Positions 49,008 to 61,810 of a DNA stretch of 64,000 nucleotides are shown piece by piece (the first letter of the stretch is position 1; each line of letters starts with the position of its first letter). Origin of the DNA: Perna viridis (taxonomy: Eukaryota). The notes below the pieces were generated by a model. It was not told where the DNA came from. It worked only from the letters and a program-made list of their open reading frames with translations, and searched no databases. The position numbers were made by a program, and so were the translations under genes. The stretch spans positions 11,532,001 through 11,596,000 of the forward strand of contig CM074522.1 in the NCBI GenBank assembly GCA_037379345.1, written 5' to 3'.

Positions 49008-49218
49008 GGAGGTAGACCTAGGGTAATGGACATAACTCATGAAGTCAGTGATATGTTTGCATCATACTCAATTTCACCAAAGCCTCTCAAGCTTTCGTTT
49101 GAAGCAGAATAAAATGAATCCAAGTTAATTAGATGCTTACACAAGATTGTTGTAGAGTGGTGAATACAAACGTTCCAATGATTTGAAGTGTTATGTCCCT
49201 TACCCTAGGCCTACTTCA
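49008..49218. mobile_element. Kolobok-type MITE, copy 3
   Basis: TTAA TSD at 49004-49007 and 49219-49222; same TIRs and interior as copy 2. Confidence 0.85.
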
Positions 49219-49614
49219 TTAAGATAACAAATTTAAATTTGCTACAGGCGAGCCTTAATGAGTGAGCAAATAAATAAATCATAAGGTGGGAGGTTGAGTC
49301 ATGGCAAACAGTGTGTTATCAGTAAACATGTTCATTATTAGTAATAATTGACAGACTTTTTCTATATTAGCGTCGTTAATCATTTCATGAAATAGAACAA
49401 AGGAAGAAAATAAAAACAAACAAAAAACATCCAAGCAAACAAGGCCAAAACTAAGCGAAACAAAAAAAATATAGATAGTAATCATTGATTAAAGAATTAT
49501 GGTACTGACATAACACTGAATGTCTGTTTTGTGTTGAAGTTGTGGGTAGTTATTTTTTTCTTGACAATGTCTTCGAACTATGGTATTTAAATACTCACAT
49601 ACTTGTTGTATCTC

Positions 49615-50930
49615 TTTTGTCAAAATATACTATATTAGTTCACGTTACGTTTTCTGTATTATAATTATAAAAAAGGTATCTCGCGGGAAGGACACAGAAA
49701 AACGAATCAATATCATCGTTTTGATGAAATAAAAGAAAGGCAAATGGTGCATAAAAGTTCTAATTTCATTTGTGTTGTATTAACAATTCCAAACGAATGC
49801 AATAAACTGACATTGAATGAATTATTATTTATTCGGTCTAATGACTTATAAAATATAAAATAATATAACCCACAAAGGACCTTGACCTAGTTCTGTAAAT
49901 TGTTTATTTTCTTTTTTGGCTCTCTATGGAGTTAGAAATGATGCCATAGTGATGGATTTGTACCCAGGACCAAGAACGGTTGCAACTTAAGGATTTTCCT
50001 GGGTACAAGTTGCATCTCACTCTTCAGAGTACCGGTTCCCATACCCACTTGAATAGAAAGTGATTCGTTTTGGTACTGTAACTGTGCATATAAATGTCTA
50101 TGATAATTAATGTTTCGAAAAGAACGATATGACTTTCTACTGTAAATGATAACAACTGTAAAAAGGAGTCGTCCTTTAACTCGACCAAATAGAGTTAGTC
50201 AACCTGGCCCGGCGCCACAAAACTTAAAAAAGTACTTAAACATGAGAAAATTCTCAACTGTGTGTGACGTTATAAAGTTCAAAGACTTTGATTGGTGTTA
50301 TATTGTACCAAGGTTATAGCGGCAATCAAAAAATGTAATCCAGGGACAAAGACCAGACATGGAAAACAGACATACACAACAAAGAACATAAAGTAACTAA
50401 AATCATACATACAATGTAACAAAAGCAAATGAGCAACTCGGATGTTTCGAATATTCTCAGAAATAAGTGTTTTATTTTTTTTTCTGTTTGTGGCGCCAGT
50501 GCCAGATATCGCTTTATTATGTGCTTTATCTTGATAATACTGTACATTTTTGTCGCTGGATAATACCATTGTACTGCAGTATTTCACTAGTGGACTTACC
50601 ATTGTGTCGTTATTAACAAAGAAAACAATATTCAAATATTCAATACAAAGAAGGCAATATTTCTTATCGTCAAAATATATGATTCTCATCCAAGTAGGGT
50701 TTGTATAAATATTCTACGAGATTTCTCGGGGGAAGGACGCGGGAATATGCATTAATTATATCGTAGTGATGTAAACAAAAGGAAAGTTAAATGGCGCATA
50801 GGATAGACGTTCTAGTTCCATTATTTTAGATTAACAAATAAATGCAATAAACAGACATTGAGAGAATTATTACTTATTCGGTCCAATAATTTAAATGATT
50901 GTATAATACGTAGTAAGGACGTTGGCCTAT
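49615..50930. repeat. Old local direct duplication (~49615-49890 vs ~50665-50930)
   Basis: Shared tctcg.gggaaggac...aaatgg.gcata...aatgcaataaac.gacattga..gaattatta.ttattcggtc.aat. Confidence 0.75.
50307..50442 (-). mobile_element. Penelope-like 3' module fragment
   Basis: ccagggacaaagaccagacatggaaaacagacatacacaacaaagaacataaagtaactaa...atgagcaactcgga. Confidence 0.85.
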
Positions 50931-50939
50931 TTTTACTAA

Positions 50940-51170
50940 AGGGCGGGTGTTTCTAGAAAGCAGAGGACGCTTACCCTACCGGAGCACATGGTCCATGTTC
51001 CCAGTTTTTATTGTTGTCTAAGTTGCTAATTTACTTTTGTTACTTTGTATGCATTATTTTTTTATTATTTTATTTTCTTTGTTTGTCTGTTTTCCATCTC
51101 TGGTCTTTGTCTCTGGATTACATTCTTTTGATTTCCGCTAGAATATCGGTTCTCTTGATTACCCTTTTAC
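50940..51170 (+). mobile_element. Penelope-like 3' module
   Basis: ggcgggtgtttctagaaagcagaggacgcttaccctaccggagcac...ggttctcttgattaccctt. Confidence 0.85.
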
Positions 51171-53751
51171 CATTTCTTGTTGCCTTTTATTCAGTTTTGT
51201 AACTGAGGCCCTAAAATAATGCTATCTTTGTCACGAATGGCAATGTAATTCAATAAGTTATTTATGTACAGTGTAATTTGCCACTAAAAAAAAATATTTC
51301 CAAAATGTCTTAAAAAACGATTGCTTTGGAAAAAGTTAATAAATTTGGATGTTGTATCTAATACGATTTAAACAAAAGACGTCGTTTATATTCCATCAGA
51401 TGGTACCAATGTGCATCTCCTATTTTGCATATTATTTCTGAATGACTTTCAGGGGCTTCGTTATTGACAGCAAGGACTTACGCAGACTGTGTGTTGCACA
51501 AAATAGCGACCTATACTTAGTAAACGTCTGTTCTAACTTCGATAAAATTGGTTAAACTAATCTACGACGTCAGAAATAATACGTCATATGTTTTTAACGT
51601 TAGTTATATGATTATCAAAGTTTTACCACGGTTGTGTACTCAAAGCCTTTTAAGGGCGACATATTAGAACCACAAATTCACAGTCCTTAAAACTTGGGCC
51701 ATATGTAATTTTGTTTAAGTCTAATTAAATATTAATTTACTTAGGTCGCCAAAAACCAATTTCCTCGTCTAATGAAGATTTGAAATCAGAAATAAAAAAA
51801 AAGTACTTCAGCATTTGAACACACAAAACACAACCCCTAAATTCGTTAAATGGAGCCTTTGGAGGATTATAACACTAGAAAGGAGGTATGACGCAGTTAA
51901 ACTTAAGATTAAAGCAGCTCATAAGAATCTATAACCAATTAAAAATTTCTTCCTAGTATAATTCAGAAAAATTCGTTCAAAACTATGGCAAAACTTTTTG
52001 ATAATATAAACGAAATACTCTATTACAACTCATCATAAGGGGCATTCAATCAATAAAATGTTTCTAACTATCACAGATTTTAAAGACTTAAGCTTAAATC
52101 GCACACAAAACAAGAAAAGAAAACAATTTCGCCTTTAAGAGTGCAGTGCAGTGTATAACTTTTATTGGGAAGTCGTCCAGCGATTTGGAATGTTATGCAG
52201 CTTTTTTAGGCTTTATTATAAGATCATTTCCTCAACTGAAACTTTCCACGTGAGCCAAAACATCAACATCAAAAGTCGTTTTCTTTTTTTTCTTTATGAG
52301 GGCAATAACTCTATTAGAAGGAGTCATCCTACAACTTTGCCTCTTTGAGAACTTTTGAAGAGTTCTTTGAACAAAAACAAAGATATTTTACTCAATCCTC
52401 ATAGTTTGTTTAGATTTAACTTGAAGCAAAGTGTTGTACAACTACTGTATTCACAATGAATAACAAAGCAATCATGTTTGTTGTAGAAAATCATAATCTA
52501 CAGAAATTGCATGCAGGCGACTATTTGGTGAGAAGGAGGTGTTTAAATGTTAAATACACATCTGAGATATGACATAGGCTCACAGGCTCTAGAAGAGTAA
52601 AATACACGTACTTATATCAAAATCCACAAAAATAAATGTCGTATAATTAATTCCTTTAAAGCTGAATGGGTATTTATCTTCATTTAACCAAAGCAAAGCG
52701 CACAACATCGACTACCTCAAATTTCCGTTTCAAAACCACCACGACAGGAACTAACAATATGCTTAATCCAATCAAAGTACTTGTGACGACGTACAGGTAG
52801 CAGTCATCTCCATTTTCAGCAGACATGTACAGCTGAAAAATAGTGTGTTTTTATACATGTGTTTTATTCAAAAGAAGCGGCATTTTCCTTGAAACCATAA
52901 TCTCAGGTACATTAAAGGAAAATGGACCCATATAATTCTTGTTCGTCAATTATCAGCTCACTATAAAGTATTTCGACTATGGAAGGTATTCCTGCATATC
53001 TTACACTAACGACAAATAGAAGGAAAGGTATCGAATAATACCAATATGAAAGTTCCTCATATATGAAAGCCATACATGAATATTGACCCTAGCACACTTA
53101 CTTCGTGTGAAAGAAATATATATCATTGACCGGTGTGTTCGAAATTATTTTTTGATGATCTTAGTTCAATGTCCTATATTGCACTTTTCTTAGAAGGACC
53201 CGCCATGTCATTTAAATCGATCCCGGAATTCGTCCTTGTTCACCGTCAATCATTCCAGAGGTTATAATCTTTCTTTCATTCAAAACGTCATGTTGATATA
53301 GAGCGCTAGCTCTGATTACAAATGACTTACTCGTTGCAGGGGTGCATTCAATAATAGAATCAGTCATTGTTAATGACATTCCTTTTCTTAATATTGGATT
53401 GTATTGGTAAGCGTTCGGCAGACAAGAAGCCTTGTATTACATTGCTGGAATACCTTATTCTTTAGAATTATCTGATTTAGGCTTATATAAAAATTAGTTC
53501 AGTAAAACGTCCATCAAAGAGACGTGTCACAACCATTTAATATTAATCGATTGCCACTTACATGTATGTGTGTGCCTTTTTACTCTAATTCTGTTGCATA
53601 TGATTATTTCAGCGTAAGGATATTTGACAAGTATCCTGTACCCTGTCGTTTTGAAATCACGCAATATTATAAACCAGAAATCATTGAACCTTAAATTTAG
53701 TATATACATTATATCCATGTCAAAATACAATAAAGAATTACCAATCACCAG

Positions 53752-53879
53752 TGGTCCTTTTCACAAAAAATCGTAAATGTAAAATTAGTCGTAAGTTATG
53801 ACGTCATAGTAAATAAAAGTATTGTGACGTCATAACATACGTTTAATTTTACTCTTACGATTGTTTGTGAAAAGGACCA
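53752..53879. repeat. 128-bp foldback palindrome (MITE-like)
   Basis: tggtccttttcacaaa.aatcgtaa..gtaaaatta..cgta.gttatgacgtca arm with a near-perfect inverse and a ~10-nt spacer. Confidence 0.9.
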
Positions 53880-54851
53880 TTGGATATGAGTTCATATGCA
53901 ACTGTAGGGTTTACCATTAATGAAAATTTACCAAACAAGAGGTTGCTGATATTGTAGCATAAATATAAAATGGCTTGTAAATATTCACTAAGTCCATAGG
54001 ACTGTTTAAATTCAGAATATGATGAAGCGGTATATGATCCTTAGATTAAGTTGTAAACCAATTATCCAGCCGGCTGTATACCATAGTTCTTAAGCAATGT
54101 GTGTACATGTTGTATGTTTCTTTCTTTCGTATCGGGGTATAAATATAAATTGGGCATAAGTATGTCTATGCTATTTATTTCCTATTGTCAAATAAAAAAA
54201 TGTGAAAATTAGAGAAGGATGACATGTGGTACATGATTGATCCATAGCTCGAAAACGGTCGAAATGGAATGTTTAGGTGACAGAAGGTGAATTTGTTGAA
54301 ATTTAGTTACTTCTTGATTGGCTTGTAAAACACAATGCTATATTTTTCTCATCATTTATTATCAAGCTTTAGGCAAAATAGTATAAAACACACATTGACT
54401 CCGATAGTAGTAAAAATAAACAATGTATATGTTTTACCTTTTAACTTGCGCTGCTTTTTTATAATCCTAATATGATGAACTAGACTATCAAGGCAAACTT
54501 TACGCAAAGAACAAATGTATTACTCGCCTGATCAAAACAATTTTCTAACCCAATAGATAAGTAGTTATTTCTAAGCGTAAACCAATTGAATTAGCAGTCA
54601 ATTTCTTTAATCAGTGAATGGTAATTCTAGATATGGATAGAAAACATACAATTTCGCACTTCCATTCAATAATTGTAATTCTGCGCTAGCGACTGTCTCC
54701 AGTCTGTCGCTGGAATTAAAGAGACCATTATCGCTTTGAAGTGAATGGTTGTCGGGAAAATCGAGTACAATAGAGTACAAACGCCAAAAAGCAAACTAAA
54801 TAAATACCAACATTAAATTCGAAAATTATTACAGTGTTCCCTTGCTTTTTA

Positions 54852-55060
54852 AAGGGTAATCAAGGGAACCAAGAACCAAGCAGAAATCAAAAGAATGCAA
54901 CACAGAAACAAAGACCAGACAGACACACAAAGTAACAAAAGTAAATGAGCAACTCGGAACTCCACTAAAAACTGTGAGCATGGACCAGGCGCATCGGTAG
55001 GGTAAGCGTCCTCTGCTTTTGTAGAAACACCCGTCGAGTTGCCCATAAAAAGACAAGCCC
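54852..55060 (-). mobile_element. Penelope-like 3' module
   Basis: Matches the family consensus, with internal deletions. Confidence 0.85.
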
Positions 55061-56199
55061 AGTGCAGAAGTGCAGAACAAAGTATGTACATGTTTTGGGT
55101 CTAATTTATCTAATTTTGTTTGGATTTATAATAGTTTGTATACAATTTATTGCATGTCTGCTATATCACTTCTGTCATATCAATTAACCTATATGTTGTA
55201 AAGCATTTGGTATATTAAACAGAGTAGTATTTGAAACGCTTGCACGGATCTGAAGGACAAATGAACTGAGTAAACTAGTTAGTATATGCCGTTACAAAGA
55301 TACTTCATCATCACAGTCATTGTTTTTTTCTAAAATATTTAATTAATGTAAACTTTTCAGTGAATCATACTATTTGTGCGCATTTAAATGCATCGTATTG
55401 TTAGAACGATTGTGTGAAGCTTAACAGGAATATATTATTTTTTTTTCAACAAAAAGGCTTAGGTAAGTATTGAAGTTCACCTTGTAATGCAAAATATATG
55501 CAATGATATCATATTTGAACTAACTTCAAAACAATTTGAGCATGAACATGTCAAAAACACCGATCCTTGGGAGATTGATCCGCATTAAAGTAGTGAAGGT
55601 TCAGGTAACAGGTGGCACTTTCTCATTATGAACGATGCAGTGTTTGTGCTGCATTTAAGCTCTTCTCTTTATTTTAATTAACACACATAGTTCAATTTAA
55701 TGCGTATTTTAAGAAGAATTAATTTACAAACAATTTTGAAAACCACAATTTCAACGATACAATTAATAAAAAATATAATGATATACGCCCTTCGAAATTG
55801 GCTATTCGTGCAGTTGACGTTTTATAAACATGAGAGCGATGATGCTATTCTATGTCATTAAAACAGTAAAAATATCAAATTTCGATAAATTACTAACATT
55901 TGAACTAAAATAGTAGAACAAACGCATTATCTTGATCGGATCATCCTTATAAAAGCCTCCTTAGAAGGCGTCATCGAAAAAAGTTGGCATGTAACAGCGA
56001 AGTCTTCAGTGGTTATTGAAGCCTTTATCAATATTTCGAGAACACACAATAACCCTACTAGCAATTAATGTACAAAAAATAACAGAAAGAATCCCGGAAC
56101 ACTATTATCAGAAATACTAACAAATTAAATAAAACATTGCGATGAAGTGCAAAATCAAAATGCTGCTAATTAGTTTTATTGGTCTTGATAGTTTTTCCC

Positions 56200-56455
56200 G
56201 GACAGGATTTTTTATGAGCAATTCGGCGGGTGTTTCTAGAAAAGCAGAGGACGCTTACTCTACCAGTGCACCATGGTTCATGCTCCTAGTTTTTAGTGGA
56301 GTCCGAGTTGCTCATTTGCTTTTGTTACTTTGTATGTATGATTTTAGTTACTGTATGTTCTTTGTTGTGTATGTCTGTTTTCCGTGTCTGGACTTTGTCC
56401 CTGGATGACATTCTTTTGATAACCACTATAACCTTGGTTCCCTTGATACTCTTTC
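56200..56455 (+). mobile_element. Penelope-like 3' module
   Basis: atgagcaattcggcgggtgtttctagaaaagcagaggacgc...ccgagttgctcat...ggttcccttgatactctt. Confidence 0.9.
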
Positions 56456-59400
56456 CATTGTTTACACTGCCGGGTATTTTACTCTACTGTCATGATAAAA
56501 ATATATCGCCAAATTCCAATTACACGACAACGACTTTGCCTATACAGAGGGGATATTTTCTGTCCCGAATTCAAAGTTGTACATTTAAGAAAAAATGGTT
56601 TTCCGATCCGTATATATTGTCAAATGACAAATCAAATAATTGGTACAATAAAAATATAAGCTGCCAATGCACCTGACCATTACGTTTCTGCAAGAAAAAA
56701 CGTCATATTACCATGTGTTTCGTCAATGTTGCTTTAATGTACAAATGAAGCTGCATTTTGCACTTCGGGTTCATGCTTTCGATGTAGAAATTGCAAATTT
56801 GTTTTGTTACCCAAGTTTGCATTCATTTCACTGTGTATTATGCAATATCCATCATAATTTGTCAAAGTTTAATTTCATATATCCCGACCATATCACTATT
56901 CTAAGATCTATTCATAATAACTGATCCCGAATAGTTGAATGAAAAAAAAATATTAAAAAATGAAATTTATAGACGATATTTTCGAGTGTAAACATTAAAA
57001 CACAACGTGATAGATAAAGCTTCTTGAAAACGGAAATTATGCTGTTTTATGACTTACTAATTGTAATGTATACGTTATGAAACCCATAAAACAACACGAT
57101 AAACACTACATCAAATTCTACACGTCGTAAATGATAAACATATACACATTCCAAAACCCTACATTTTTCTTGACGAAAGCCTTCACTTTTTTTAAATTTC
57201 GACTAACGAACCGTCACTATTTTTTTAAATTACAAAAATTTTAAACAAAATTAAATATAAACATTCACAAAACGGTGTGGGTCAAAAACGAAGAAGTAAA
57301 TCTTGTGTAACTAGATAAACAACACAGGGTGAAAAATGAAAGAATAAAGAATGGAGAATGGAATATGCAATGGACCGATTCCGAAAATGTATTGCATTCT
57401 GGGATTGCTATTGTTTACGATGATCCTCATTAGTCAAAACGTACTTTACCAGCAATTTTAAAAAGTATTAAAAAGGTGTCCAGGCAAAAACTCGACAGTG
57501 GGAGGCACAAGACTAATTTTGTTTTAAAAAAAAATCACCCTTTCTCAATGTTGAATGTTGGTTTTGGATAAACTGCAAGGATAAAAAAGAAATAAATAAT
57601 GAAGAACGCATTGAAATTCATTGAAGAAAGGGTGATTACTCTTTAATTTCAGCAAAATTGGGTTGCTTTATGAAACGTTAAAATCATTTTCTGAGCCTTC
57701 CATTGTCGGGTTTTTTTAAACTTAATGCTTTTTGATATTCAAATGGTATAAACATTACATCAGAGCACAAAAAAAAACCCAAAAAACAAAACTAAACAAA
57801 ATCAATGACATAAAATTTACCCTGTGCCACTCATATCACAGGATGGATCTGCCTGATGTTTACATGAACAGCCTCATTTATGTATGCATACTAGTACTTG
57901 AAATAAGTTTGTAGGCTCTACTAAACAGGATGATACCAAAATCAAAAGGCATGGACACTACTCATTACAATACCGCTAGAGTATGGCACTAAGTGAGCTT
58001 TAAAATATCGAATTTACCCTCTTTGCAGGAGATTGGTACATGCATTGATATTGAATAAACTGAATTGTCAGGGTGAACTACGCCATGTAAACCTTTGTGT
58101 CTGAGGTTAATAGTGTATTTCTTTCTTTCTTTGTTAAAAACAAAAAAAAAAATGGTATGTACAAGTTATTCAATATCAAATCAGCCCCATACTCCCCAGA
58201 TTTTGGAGGAAAAAAATGTGTGATCATTTGCATAGTTTAAAAGATATTTAACCAAATGCAATCGGCATTTTGAATGGAGAATCTTTCCCTCGTCAACATT
58301 TTTTTAATTCATATTAGGAAAACATAATATCAGACTTTTTTTCTAAATAAAACAAGTATAGGTCGTCTTAATGTGTAAAATTGTCATTAAATCTATTGAT
58401 CAATTATCTTCATTGCATTAATCAAAATAAGTAAATAACTTAAAATTGGAAACCCATAAATTGTATCGGATTCGGTTTGTATTTTACCGACTAACAAACA
58501 CACACACACACAAACAAATGCAAAAAAAAGTTACGATTTTTCAGGCACATTTTGTCTTCTATTTTATCAATTTTTTCAGTTACATTAATAACTCACCCAA
58601 AAAGTAACATGATACTTTGTCATTGAAAGTTAGACTATATGTGTTAATTTTAAGTAGCTGTCTTTGTAAGAATCATGCAAAATCTGAAAAATGTGATACA
58701 CCCAAAAAAAGGCTACATATTTTTATTTTTGTAATTAAGTTGTTTTATGGGTCTATATTATGAAATGTGTAATTATTCATTCAAATCTGCCTGTTCTTAG
58801 GAGATAATCAACATTGAAAATCCAATAGATTCTATTGTATTTGAGTGTCATGTCTCCCTTACTTTCGAATTCTACAGTGCATTCTATACAATTCTTATCT
58901 CCTATGAGCACGGGTTATATGAAAAACCAAATGTTAATTTCTGTTTACTAAAGCATTTTAAACAAAATATCAAAAAAAATATGTAGGCTTTCCAACCATG
59001 TATCACATTTTGCAAGATTCTTAGCTAGAGTGCTACTTAACGTCTTATCGATATATGTTTGATATATGTAATGTTCTCTAATTTTTACACCTCCTGGCCA
59101 AAGTGGGAAAATACTTGTCGTCCTTAGAGAGATTAAAGTTTTCAGACGCTGGTTGGTCGACATACAAAAAGAATAGTTTTACAAAAAATTTGTAACTTAG
59201 GGTAACTGGATTTGTTAAATGTTAAATGGTAAATGTTATATTTTACAATTTTTTTCATTTATTATTGGTGATATTAAAATCATTAACTATGCTTTGCAAT
59301 TCCAAAAATATGTCTTAAAAATACAAGTTCTGATTGCATGTTGTGCAGTGTGCAGTAGCAACTACACCACCTAAAAAATGTTAGGAAAATTTGCATTTGG

Positions 59401-61686
59401 ATTGTGTTAGTTTTGAAAATTTAGAGAAACTGAATCTACGACTTTAGCTTGTTGTATATGGAATTTCACATTTCGAAACATTCCATAATTAACTCGCTAT
59501 CGTTGTAGATTTTATATTATCACAACTATAGCGGCACGTCGATAGCAATAAATCGTTATCATTTATTTACATGAAGTTGATATTGTACAGTAACAAAGAA
59601 AGTTAACAACATATCCCCATTCTATATAAAGCTATATACGAAATCTCAAACGTAGTGGCCGACAGACAAGATAATTCGAATAAAAATACCACCCACTCGT
59701 TGTGAGATTATAATAAAAGTAATTTCGTTGCTTTAAAAAAAAATATCAGTTCTTATTATTTTTCTTTAATTATACAATTATCTTTTAACAATAAAAATAT
59801 CATTTTGTAACATATTTCTGACCACGACATTCACACATTTTTATGAATCGAAAATTCTTGCACATTCAGCAAGTCGATTGTTCTGCAATAATATCATTGA
59901 CGTCACAGTTCTGAACGTGATGATGCGTGGGGTGCTTCGCGGGGTAGACTACATAATAAAACTACGCCAAAAAGTTCCTTGCAAATTTTGTTCTTATTTC
60001 TACTCGTCGTTATCTATTGATCAAATATTCACATCTTATTTACGTCTCTTTGTTTTTACCATCATTGCAATCTACTTAAATCAACATGTATGCTTCACGT
60101 ATATCATACAGGGAAAAATAAAAAAAAAAAAAAAACGTGTAAAAGAAAAAAAAAAAGCAAAACAGAACAAATAATGATAAATTTTAAACAATATGAACAT
60201 ATAATTTCAACTATAAATTATGTACATGTATTTATCATTGATAAAATCGCAAATATTGTACAATGATTTTACTCAAAGTTGACATCGACTGCACGGAACA
60301 TTTTATCAGCTGAACATATGATTATGAAAATTAATCTTCTTACATGTACTAGCCAAGTATTCACTAATTAGGGAAAAGAGAACATTGGCATGAAGGTTAT
60401 TTATTTCCTAGAGGTTTTACAATTGTTTTTTTTAGGATTCCTTTCAATGTCCCGAATAAAATAACTAGGTTGTTTATCAATATTACTTCTATTTGTTTTT
60501 TTTAAACTGTACTTATTTAAGGAAAATGGATATGAAATTCAACTTCCTTCTTAGGTGTTTTAATAGCTTATTATATCCTTTTCAAATAAATATCAGTGTA
60601 GAAATAGCGGCTCGTAAAATCTTTTTGTGTGCTAACTACATGTATGGGCTTAAGTATTAAAAAGGTTTAATGTGGTAAATTACATGTATGTAAAAAATCG
60701 ACAAGTTGAAAACACTTCTCGTGAAACGTCTAATTATATTTTTTTTACGTTTTTTTTTTTTTTAATTTTTTTTTCCTTTCCTATTTTTTGGTACATTTCT
60801 ATGTACATAAGTACGTTAATGCGTATATATACTAAGTTGACAACTTGACAGTATAAAATATATTCCAAAACATCCAAATGATCAATAGTTTATGTCTATT
60901 TCTTTCTGCGTTCGATCACCCCACCGTTGTGCCCTTTCTTGTGACGTTAAGTTATTGTCGACGTCATAAGCAGGACAGTTAATTTGAATCTTCAAATTCT
61001 TCCTTAGCAAAATAAAGGAAGCCTTGGCACTCAAACGGTTAATTGTATAATGTAACGTTTTTACATTTTAAATATGGCAATTTTTCCCTTGTTTTATTAT
61101 TCAATTTTCTAATTTGACGTTTTGTAAACGACAACGAAATAGACCCCTACCTTGGCGTTACAGATCAGGAAAAATGCTATATTTTTTATTTTATCGTTAT
61201 TTTGTTAAAAATCCCTTTTATCTTGCTATACGATAATTTTCAATCTCAAGCCAGTCGAGTGAGAATGCAAATTATCGCTAGTTTTTATGTCTTCGCGTGA
61301 CATACAAGCAACAGCGTATAGGAATATTTGACGACCCAAATAACCGTCTGTTTGTATATTGTATATGAAATAATGGCTAATTTGTGGCATTTATTTTCAT
61401 AGTCTATAATGGAAAATGATTAAATGAAGTAACACACCCGATAAGAATGAAAAAATCCCTAAATTATTCCACAAATTTTAAACGCGACCGTCATAGTTAA
61501 CCGATTTTTTTTTTCAAATGATGTGAATCACATTGCACAACATACGTGACGTCACGTAGCACGTCGCCGAAAAATAGTCCCGAAAGGAAACATTGCAGCG
61601 CTTATAAATAAAAATAATATATTTAGGTCAGGAATATGAAAATAAAAGAAACTAATACCTTACACTTCAGCAATACAGCGATAAAC

Positions 61687-61810
61687 AGATTATTTAATAT
61701 CTTTTTCAACTCGCGGGAGTTTCTCATGCTCATCTCGTCTCGTGGCGAAGCCGCTTGACGAAAATAAGCATGAGAAACTCCCTCTCGTTGAAAAAAATAT
61801 TAAATAATCT
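61687..61810. repeat. 124-bp imperfect hairpin / foldback element
   Basis: Paired arms agattatttaatat / atattaaataatct, tttttcaac / gttgaaaaa, gggagtttctcatgct / agcatgagaaactccc and tcgtc / gacga, with a ggc-gaa-gcc apex. Confidence 0.9.

Noticed and set aside
56142-56676. Recurrent hydrophobic ORFs such as [13 protein letters not shown] and [13 protein letters not shown] (also 18037, 32395, 37438, 50279, 51011, 54829)
   Set aside because: These are translations of the T-rich PLE 3' non-coding module and are not frame-conserved.
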